Of a stretch of 64,000 bases of DNA, positions 53,004 to 64,000 are shown piece after piece. Source of the stretch: the human T2T-CHM13v2.0 reference genome, Homo sapiens; the NCBI GenBank assembly GCA_009914755.4, contig CP068257.2, forward strand, positions 17,632,001-17,696,000, given 5' to 3'. Position 1 is the stretch's first letter; each line of letters begins with the position of its first letter. Under the pieces are notes generated by a model. It did not search any database, had not been told where the DNA came from, and saw only the letters and a program-made list of their open reading frames with translations. Both the position numbers and the translations under genes were made by a program.

Positions 53004-53949
53004 TTTCTTCCCCAGTGATTTGTTACTAATGAGATTAATGTTTTGTAAAAATTAATAGTGGTAACTGCTTGTTCAAAAATTTTATAACCTATAGATTATA
53101 ATTTATTGAATATAATTTATAATGTATAGGTTCATTTAAATGACTACAATAGACACTTGTAATTGTTCCTGCTTCTTGCCTTTCCATACCCCAGATTAAT
53201 AGGAAAGAAACACAGTCAGCCATGACTGCCTCCTACTCCTTAAAATTCAATAGACTTCTGAATTAACCACAATCCTCTCGGTCTACTACCTTAGTATTTA
53301 TGCTATCTGCTTCATATATAATTCTTCCTGCAGTTACCCTTCACATGGATAACTGCATGCAATTTTAACTAGTACTTTTTCCGTGCACTTAACCTTATTT
53401 TTCAACCTCCAAGTTTTTCTCTTTCAATTGGTCCATGCTGGAAGGCCCTATTTTTCTTTTCTGTCTATTGAAACCAATGATTGTAGGAGACAATAGCTGG
53501 TTTTGAGTCTTATGCAATTTTGGAAAGAAATGCTTTTGACTAGATCTGATGATAATATAATGCTGGTAATGCATAAAATACCTCTGCCAACTTTCTTTTT
53601 ACAAAGAAGTCTAAGTTTCCTAAGCTATCTACTATTCAAATTTTCTTTACAAATTTTACAAAAGTAAGCATCAAAGAAATGTATTATTACTAAGGAAAAA
53701 AAAACTCAAGCCACAAAAGCATTATACATCGAGTGCTCCACTCACATTTCACAACTACTTTGTTCCCTATGCAGCAAACTTTCCCAGTATACTTTTATCA
53801 TATTATGATTCTTAAAATTTAATTTTTTTACTACATCAAAGTATATGTAACATTGTTTTTCAGTAACCTTGTAATAAACTATCAGTAAATATGTACTGAA
53901 AAAGCGTGAATAAATTCCAAATTTATGTATAGTTGACCCTCTCTGCAGT

Positions 53950-54060
53950 TCTTGCTTTCATTTATTTAATTAACAAACATTTCATGCATACGGTGTCCCA
54001 GGCACTGTTTTAGGTGCTGAGGCAATATTAATAGTGCTTACATCTGCAGAGGAGAGCACT
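53950..54060 (-). mobile_element. Possible MIR-family SINE fragment
   Basis: 'ttaacaaacatttcatgcatacggtgtcccaggcactgttttaggtgctgaggcaatattaatagtgcttacatctgcagaggagagcac' resembles 'ttcaacaaacatttattgagcacctactatgtgccaggcactgttctaggtgctggggatacagc'. Confidence 0.35.
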
Positions 54061-54668
54061 ATATGAGTTTTAGATGATATATCCCGGTTGATATATTTTG
54101 GATTAATATGAACATTTTCTTGCTCAATAAGGCCAACATCGTATTCTTTTCAAAATTCAAATATGCTTACCTTAAGCCAAGGAAATAGTATAACTCATAT
54201 GGCAATTAAATGTTGCTCTTAAATCAAATGCATTGCATTCAGTACCTAAAGTTATGAAACCTTTTTATTTTCGAGACACTTCAGCTTTAAGTTAATGTTC
54301 AGGCAGGAAAATGCTCTGGTTTTATGGATATCAACCCCCTCAAGCAATACGGACTCAAGAGATTTCCCTGTGAGAGAGCACTGCAGCTGTGATTTATTAA
54401 ATTAAACATGGTTCATGGCAATTAGCCATGGAAGTTTCCTTTGGGCCACTCTTCTGATCACAGAGAAATATAACACAAACGACTGGAATTTCACTGACGG
54501 AACTGCCACTTCCCTGCAAAGTTTCAGCTCTTCAGAGTCCACCTGCTACCTCTCACTGTTCTCAGGGCTATGATCTTATGATCTTCCTCAAAATTGTATC
54601 AACAGTATTTTTCACTACTTTTTCAGTTTTATATAGGTAAAACTTCCATTAGCTGAGCTTTGTATATC

Positions 54669-55002
54669 TTTTTTTTTTTTTTGCTTTGTTTTATTTTTGA
54701 GACAGGTCCTTGCTCTGTCACCCAAGCTGGAGTGCAGTGGCATGATGATGACTCATTGCAGCCTCAACCTCCTGTACTCAAGTGAACCTCCAGCCTCAGA
54801 CCCCCAAGTAGCTAGGACCACAAGCACACACCACCACACTCGGCCAGTTTTCGTATTATTATTATTATTATTATTATTATTCTGTAGAGATGAGGTTTCA
54901 CCATGTTTCCCAGGCTTGTATCAAAGCCCTAAGCTCAAGCCATGAGCCTGCCTTGGCCTCCCAAAGTGCTGGGATTACAGGCCTGAGCCACAGTGCCTGG
55001 CC
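54669..55002 (-). mobile_element. Old Alu SINE (AluJ-like, minus strand) with a T-rich tail and an internal (TTA)8 expansion in the A-rich linker
   Basis: 'tctttttttttttttgctttgttttatttttgagacaggtccttgctctgtcacccaagctggagtgcagtggcatgatgatgactcattgcagcctcaacctcc...ttcgtattattattattattattattattctgtagagatgaggtttcaccatgtttcccaggc...ggcctcccaaagtgctgggattacaggcctgagccacagtgcctggcc'. Confidence 0.9.
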
Positions 55003-55875
55003 CTTTGCATACTTTTGAATTTTTGTTATTGTTTTTACTATTTGCAATGGTTTGGCTGGCAATGGCCAAATCCACAAAAGCATAAATGAAAAACTAAGCT
55101 ATATTGTGTAACTTTTAAGAAAACATGAACTGAAATACATATTAATAATTATCATTTGCTCTTTTCCATTTCACACTGGCTGGAAAACCTTTTTGTTTCC
55201 TCTTTCTTTTGTATTTTTCACTGCAGCTGCAATAAAACTCTTAATTAAGTCTTGGCAATGCCATCTAATTGGTTGCATAGTTGCTTCCAAAATGACAGAC
55301 TCACTGTACCCTACACCGCATTGAACTTTGTTTCTTGCAGTCTCCATGCATTTGTACCTATAATTTTCTCTGCCTAAAATAGTCTTGCCCAGATATTCAC
55401 ACAGCTGCCATTCATTATTTGTTTTTCAACTCAAACATTACTTCCTTGGAGATGCACTCGCATGCTATAACTATATCCTATGCTCACTAAGTAGCTCGAA
55501 CTATTTACTTATTTTAATTTTTATTGCACTTATTATTATAGGGAGCCATATCTCATTTACCATAATCATACGTCTGCCACTGAATATAAGCTGAATAGGA
55601 ACAAATCTTTATTTTTCATGTTCTCTAGGAAAGAGAGCCTGACACAAAGTAGATAATACCTAAATATGTATAAAATAAATATATAAAACTATCTCCAGAG
55701 ATGCCAAATTAAAGTTGCTGAGAAGTCCTTTTTCTCAACTCTTGAATCTTTCAATAGTACAGACGTAAGTGCATATTACTGATACTATCGTAGTGCAGAC
55801 CTATCTGTTTTATGATATGGAGTTTTTAAGATTATTTTCCTACTGTGAGCTTAGAAAGTCAAGAATATTGGGATT

Positions 55876-56289
<414 letters not shown>

Positions 56290-57597
56290 TTATACTAATT
56301 AAAGAGATCTGTAAACAAGCCTGGAGAAGGACTAGAAACACTCACCTAACCAATCGTATAAAAATACTCATCCCTAGTGATCATAAGATGATAGATGATG
56401 CTCAGAATATCTTTCCATCCGATATCAAATATATTCCTTTTTATGTTGCTCAATTCTCTTTATTCCTTTTTTTTTGCATTTTTAAACATAAGCTAATTTA
56501 GAAGAGTTTTAGATTTAGAGATAAAATTGTAAATATAGCAAAAATAGTTACCTCATGTCTGGTACCCAGGTTTCTCTATTATTGATATTTTACATTAACA
56601 TAGTACATTTGTTACAGTTAATGAACCAATATTGATAAATTAACTAAAGTCCATACTTCACTTACATAGCTACTCTTTACTTACATGTTATTTTTCTCTT
56701 CTAGAATCCCATCTGGGATACAACATTACAATTAGTTGCTCTCTCTCCTTAGGCTCCTTTTGGCTATAATGTTTCTGACTTCTCTTGTTTTTGATGACCT
56801 TGACAGTTTTGAGAGTACTTGTCAGGAATTTTGTAGAATGTCGCTCAAGTGGTATTTCCCTGATGTTTTCCTCTGCATTAGACTGGTGTTACGGATTTGA
56901 CGAGAGAAACAAACATAGATAACCTATTTCATCACATCATATCAGGGATACATACTACCAACGTGGCATCAACGTTGATATTATTCTTGATCACCTGGCT
57001 GAAGTCGATCTTCCTGCTGTAAATTTCTTCATTGTGCCCTTTCCACCCAGTCACTATATACAGCCCACACTAAAGGCATGGAGTCCATACTTCAATAGAG
57101 GGAGTTTTACTCCTCCTCTTTGAGAGATGACTGTCTACATAAATTATTTGGAATCTTTTGCATGAGAGATTTCTAGTCTCCCATCTTCATTTATTTATTT
57201 ATCTATTTAATCATTTATATGAGTATGAACTTGTGAATATTTATTTTAAAGTTTGGGTTAGAATTCAAAATACCGCTTTTTGTACTTTGCTACCCAAAGT
57301 GTTCCAGCTTTGGTCACTGGGAGTCCTTTCTACAGGCTTCTATCTCCATTTGACATATCCTCTTCACTTTTTGTTGTTGTTGTTTATTTTTTTTTTTCAG
57401 AAATGTCCGGTATTACAATATGCTCCAGGGTCATCTTGTATATTTTCTGCCTCAGTCTCAGGATCAGCTGTATCTCCAACAAATTCTGGTTCTTTTTATT
57501 GGAGAATGGTATTAGGAAACAATATTTGGGCACCAGCTGTACTTGTTGCTATTGGGATAGCATTGCTTCTAGGCCTCCTCAGCTAACAGGAAAAAAA

Positions 57598-57800
57598 AAG
57601 AAATATACATATATTTCTTTACATATATATTTATATATATTTCTTTATATATATATTTATATATATTTCTTTATATATATTTATATATATCAGTATATAT
57701 TTCTTTATATATTTATATATCAGTATATATATTTCTTTATATATATTTCTTTATATATATATATCAGTATGTGTGTATGTATATATATATGTATACTGAC
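57598..57800. repeat. AT-rich minisatellite with unit ~'tatatatttcttta' and variants 'tatatatcagtatata'
   Basis: 'aaatatacatatatttctttacatatatatttatatatatttctttatatatatatttatatatatttctttatatatatttatatatatcagtatatatttctttatatatttatatatcagtatatatatttctttatatatatttctttatatatatatatcagtatgtgtgtatgtatatatatatgtatac'; it generates the spurious 182-aa track ORF 57280..57828. Confidence 0.85.
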
Positions 57801-58835
57801 ACATATCTGGAAATTTGTTTGTCTGTAACCAAGGATATCTACATGAAGTAAGCATGAGTTCATGCTGATGACTCCAACTGGAATTCATTACTACTGGGAA
57901 ATTCTACCCTCCTCTCTTTGGTTATCCTTATGATTCCAATAGTGAGAAGCCTGGCACACTTCATTTACCGTCCATTAACTTATTATATAACTCTGATGTA
58001 TATGCATTTAGTACTATCAGATTTTAGGGTTCTGATTCTTGCTTTGTATTCTCACGAAACTAATATAGATACTGCAGCTTTCTTTTGATTATTATTAACA
58101 TGTTATACCTTTCTCTATTTGTTTAGTTTTAGAAAAAATACTGCACCTTTATATTTAAAGTGGGGTGATTGTGTAACACTTACAGCAGTATTGTTTGTTT
58201 ACTCCCTCTGCAGATTTGTGTCTTTTAATCAATGTATTTAGATCATTCACATTTAAAATGACTAATGATGTTTTTGGATGAATATCTACATTGCTGTAAC
58301 TGTTTGCTACTTGTTAGATTTTTTTTTTGGCCTCCCCCACCACCATTTCTGTCTTTTCTCGTTTTCATGGGACATTTTACAAGCATCAATTTGTGTCTTT
58401 TCTTAGTGTAAGAATTATACATCTTTTTTAATTTTTTAGAGATTCCCATAGATTGCAATATAAAGTTTTAAATAATTAAATCTAAGTTTAAATAATACTA
58501 TACTGCTTCCATGTAGTATGGGTCTCCAATAACAGAACGGTCCCAATTCTCTTACATTCAACATATCACGGATACCATTCAGTTTACTTTTTCATATAAT
58601 ATAATTACTCATTACATTATTACTATATTTTTTAACAAGTATCTTATAGATTATTTAAATTAAAAAATGTATTTTCACTAATTTCTTATCCAGCATTTTT
58701 CTTTCCATAGTGCAGATCTAAGTTTCTGACTTTAATCATTTTCAATCTCAAAGATGATTTCCTTTTAAAATTTCCTGCTGAGCAGGTCTGCTGGCCATAA
58801 ATTCCCTCAGTTTTTGTTTGTTTAAAAGTATCTTT

Positions 58836-59139
<304 letters not shown>

Positions 59140-59474
59140 GTATCTTTATTTCAAGTATACTTTAGAAAAATTATTTTACTGGCTTGAAATCCAAAATTAT
59201 TATATTTTCTTATTTCAACACTTTATTTAACTCTATTTTCTTCTCTCTTGGGCAGTTTCTGAAGACACAACCGTAATTTTATCTGTGGCTTTCTAAATCT
59301 TAAGTTCCCTCTCCCCAGCTTCTTTTAAGATTTTCTTATTTTTTTCTGTAAATACATTTTTTGTTTTGTTTTGTTTTGCAGTTTGAATAGTATATGACTA
59401 GGTGAAACTTTTTGGTTTTTAATCTTTCTTAATGTTCTCTGGGGTGTTATCCTGTCTTGGTGTTTTCTACCTAG

Positions 59475-59897
<423 letters not shown>

Positions 59898-60315
59898 TGA
59901 ATTTTAGTTTGAGAAGTTTATATTGACCTACATTCAAGCTCACTCATTCCTTTTGTGGCCACTCTCTGACTCCTGATGAGCCCATCAAAGCTATTCTTCA
60001 ATTTTGTGAGTGTTTTTTATTTCAAATATTTCTTTTTGATTCTTTCTTAGAATTGGCTTCTCTCTATTTACATTACCTACCTGTTCTTGCATGGTGTCCA
60101 ATACTTTGTTAGAGCCTTTAAGGCATTAATCATAGATATTTTAAATTTCCTATCTAGTAATTCCAAAATCTGTGTCATATCTGAGTCTGCTTCTGGTGTA
60201 TGTTTTATCTCTTCGGACAGTTTGTGCTTGTTTATTAACATGCTTTCTAATTTTTGTTGAAAGCCATAATGTTTCAGGCAATAGGAAGTGAAGTAGATAG
60301 GCCTTCAGCATTTTA

Positions 60316-60674
<359 letters not shown>

Positions 60675-63139
60675 TTAGCTGTGTTTAATATTTGCAATCA
60701 TTTCAGGTGACAAAGGCTTTAAATTTGTCTAGTATTATTTTTGTTTCATCTGTGAAATTTGGGTTTCTTTAAGCTCTACGCTCAGAAACAGTCTGCGTCT
60801 CTCAGCTCTTTTAGCTGTAAATCCTGTTATAATACTGGATCCCTGTTGATACAGTGATAAACTGTGCAGTAGGAGAAAAATGCTATAATCTTGTGATTAA
60901 ATCTCTCCTTTAGTGGCCCTGTGACCTTCATAAATAATTCTCATTTTATTTTATTTTTGTTGAGATGGAAATCTAGAGATGACTGGAGTAAATAAATGTA
61001 CCTTTTCCTGGTAGGATAAGGCTCTAGCTATATCTTCTCCCCTACAGCATAGACCCTTGTTACTGACAACACCGTGGGGGCATTTCACAATATTTTTTTC
61101 TTCCTCTTCCCCACCAAAGCAACAGGGTATGTCTCTCAGCTCTTCATAGTTAGAACTAGGAAGTTCAGTGTACCCCTTCCCAGGGGTTCCTGAAGTGAAA
61201 ACCAGTGAAATTTTGGTAGCCCGTATGTTGAGGATCCCGGAGTTTTGCGCTCACATTTCAGCCCATATTCAGTCTTCAACAATTTGTTAAAATTTACTAT
61301 TTTATTGTTTCCACAAGTTTAGAGCTCCACCAGCTTCTGTTTGAGTTCAACAGGTATTGGATATGGGCCTTTGGAATCATCTATCTCTCCAGATTTCAGG
61401 ATGGCAGTTGCCCTGTGATCTCCGTTCTCCAAGGGGTCTAAGAAGTCACATATTTTCCTTATGTTTTGTCTTTTCTTGCAAGGACAAGAGTGATGACTTG
61501 TAATTTTTGTTTTTACCTGTTGAAACTGAAGTCATGAAACTATAGTAACCTTTTAACATTACTATCTCATTATTCTCCTTGGCATTAATAATACCGAATA
61601 AGTATATAGCAATAATTATAGGTTCTGAAAAAAAAATCAACTGTTTTCTTTGTGATTGAGATTAACATAGTAAGAAAGATGGGGACAGAAGATTTTCCTT
61701 CCAAGAAGCACGCAGTTACATTTGAAGACATAAACTGATGCTCAGACAGTCACCATTCCAGGAGAGGCACCATAAACTACAACATACAGCATAATTAAAC
61801 AGAGAAAATTGATGAATCAATTTAAAAGAGTAGAAGGTGGTGCTGCTAAGATACACATGCACACTTAAATGACAGTTACAAAAGTGTGCGTATGCTTCTA
61901 GTTGAATTAAGCATCTGATTAGGTGATTATTATGTTGATTTAATTTGCTCAATTTGTGTCTTGAAAGACAAGATGCTAATTAAGACATTAAAAAAATTTA
62001 CTTTCACAGTGCTACAGGAAAACCCCAATTTAGAAAAGTAAAAACTTTGCTGTTATATTAGCAGTAGTGTATTAACTGTCTGAAGAAATGAAAGAGAAAA
62101 ATAAATCATATTTTAAAAATGATATCTGAAATAGAATCGAAGACATTAGATTTTTATAAAAGAACAGCTTGCCCAAGTTCTGTTTTTACTGAACACAAGT
62201 ATTTTAAATCTATCTTCATGTTTGCTTTTTAGCAAACATGTTTAAAGAGCCTGCTTTTATTACAATTTACTAAATTATCATTAAAATTAACCAATTAACC
62301 TTTCAATCAACAGCAGATGCTCCCTATCTCTATCCATGATTCATCCATACAGTTAACAATTTAACAAATAGTCTATTTCCAATATCTTCAGCATGGAAAA
62401 AGAACAAAACATTATGTATTATACCATGATAGATAAATAAATATGAATTTTGTAAATTAGAATAGGATTAGGCAACAAATATAAAAGAGGAGGCATTCAG
62501 CATTATATTTGTCAAAACTCCAGCAAATTTGCTCAATCCTCTGTTCTAAATAAATAAGAAAACCAGGAATGAATTGATTGGGAATTGTGGAAACAAAAAG
62601 GTGAAACTGCAAGATAGACTTCCGTATAACACAACTCAACAACTAAATGATGTTATCCCAGTGGACTTAAGTGGTGGGTCTCTGAACTGAAGCAAACTTT
62701 TCTGCAACAAATTGTACTCCAAGGCAGGAAGAGGATTCTATTTGTTTCCAAGACAAACTAGACTTTCAGAAAGTTTTTGGAAGTATATCGGTCAGGATTT
62801 AGCCTCAATATAAGAAGAACTCAGATGAGTAAACTGGGGTCTGAGAAGAAGGTGGTAATTGGTTCTAATACTATCTTATTATTTTGCTAAAGTAAAAAAC
62901 ACATCAAAATAAAAATGAGTTTGAGCCTGCTTCTCACAGGGTCCTGACTGAGCAACTTGTTTGTATTTCATACACTTTGTAGACTTAAAACAGTGTCATA
63001 TAATCTTTAGCTATTTTTTCAAATGTACATGAAATATCAGTACATTCAAATTGTTCGGTGGTTTATCTCTTGGGTATACCAGGTGCTTTCATACTTCTAC
63101 TGCTTGGACATATGGGAAGATTCAGCAGGAGTAGGACTA

Positions 63140-63804
63140 TATTACTGCATTCCCATGCTGCTAATAATTTATAATGGTAATTTATAATGGAAAGAAATTT
63201 AATTGACTCACAGTTCAGCATGGCTGGGAAGACCCCAAGAAACTTACAATCTGGCAGAAGAAGAAGCAAACATGTCCTTCTTCACATAATGGCAGGAAGA
63301 AGTGCCAAGCAAAAGGAGAAAAAGCCTTTATAAAACCATCAGATCTTGACCTGGGCACGCTGGGTCATGCCTGTAATCCCAGCACTTTGGGAGGTCGAGG
63401 CAGGTGGATCATTTGAGGTCAGGAGTTCAAGACCAGCCTGGCTAACATGGTGAAACCTCATCTCTACTAAAAATACAAAGATTAGCTGGGTGGTGGTGGC
63501 ACACACCTGTAATCCCAGCTACTTGGGAGGCTGAGGCAGGAGAATCGCTTCAGCCTGGGAGGCACAGGTTTCAGTAAGCCAAGATTGTGCCACCCCAGCC
63601 TGGGCAACAGAGTGAGACTCTGTCTCAAAAAAAAAAAAATCAGATCTCATGGGAACTCAGTTACTATCACCAGAACAACATGAGGGTAACTGCCCCCCAT
63701 GATTAAAAATTACCTTCCTCCTGGTTCCACCCATGACATGTGGGGATTATGGGAGCTACTATTCAAGGTAAGATTTGTGTTGGGACACAGAGTGAAGCCA
63801 TATC
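63140..63804 (-). mobile_element. MaLR LTR (THE1/MST/MLT-like), minus orientation, interrupted by the nested Alu at 63347-63639
   Basis: 'attactgcattcccatgctgctaataatttataatgg...gaaagaaatttaattgactcacagttcagcatggctgggaagaccccaagaaacttacaatctggcagaag...gcctttataaaaccatcagatct[Alu]catgggaactcagttactatcaccagaacaacatgagggtaactgccccccatgattaaaaattaccttcctcctggttccacccatgacatgtggggattatgggagctactattcaaggtaagatttgtgttgggacacagagtgaagccatatca'. Confidence 0.75.
63347..63639 (+). mobile_element. Alu SINE inserted into the MaLR LTR; 9-bp target-site duplication 'atcagatct'
   Basis: 'gacctgggcacgctgggtcatgcctgtaatcccagcactttgggaggtcgaggcaggtggatcatttgaggtcaggagttcaagaccagcctggctaacatggtgaaacctcatctctactaaaaatacaaagattagctgggtggtggtggcacacacctgtaatcccagc...gggcaacagagtgagactctgtctc' + A13; 'atcagatct' at 63338-63346 and 63639-63647 restores a contiguous LTR sequence 'aaaccatcagatctcatggg'. 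Confidence 0.9.
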
Positions 63805-64000
63805 AATGACCAATGACTCATGTAATACATTTAAGCACATCAATGTGATGTATGACATCAAATATACATAGATTGATGAGTATAAGCATTTTTTTTAAAT
63901 GGAGATGCAACCTACAGTGTGTTAAAGCCTTCAAATATTATATGAAAAATACATTTTAATTTCAATAATAAGATTAGCAAGTCAACTTTTGTTAATACAT

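Noticed and set aside
57598-57800. Possibility that the regular tandem arrays (here, 20151-20354 and the 43040-43302 tract) are CRISPR arrays
   Set aside because: The context is a eukaryotic primate genome. The repeats are simple-sequence or two-copy duplications with no unique spacers of uniform length and no cas genes. They are not CRISPR.
57158-57828. 142-aa and 182-aa overlapping plus-strand ORFs, among the longest in the track
   Set aside because: They read through T-rich sequence and the AT-rich minisatellite at 57598-57800, giving repetitive '[27 protein letters not shown]' peptides. This is a simple-sequence artefact.

Overview
This window is hominoid-primate nuclear DNA, most likely human, and not a microbial locus. 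It is AT-rich and dominated by interspersed repeats. There are at least 16 Alu SINEs on both strands; the youngest (AluY-like) still have perfect target-site duplications and long A-tails. There is a ~4 kb 5'-truncated L1 carrying a degraded ORF2, two older L1 fragments, several MaLR/THE1-MLT-type LTRs (one nested with an Alu), a Tigger-like DNA-transposon MITE with intact terminal inverted repeats, MIR fragments, and many microsatellites, polypyrimidine tracts and small tandem duplications. I found no convincing protein-coding exon, RNA gene, CRISPR array or operon-like system. Every ORF in the six-frame track can be explained as a translation of an Alu, L1 or MaLR sequence, of a simple repeat, or as a chance frame in AT-rich DNA. 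The region looks intergenic or deep-intronic. The observations most worth a second look are structural. A 68-bp sequence is present both as an insertion inside the L1 ORF2 3' region and as a poly(A)-terminated copy 1.3 kb downstream, and the DNA flanking the two copies is also similar. There is a 101-bp tandem duplication, a ~265-bp compound (CA/TA)n tract, and young Alu insertions that could be polymorphic. Alus sit in closely spaced inverted pairs, and there is a GC-rich LTR-like segment carrying an AATAAA signal. Repeat family names are assigned from memory of the consensus sequences and should be confirmed with RepeatMasker/Dfam.
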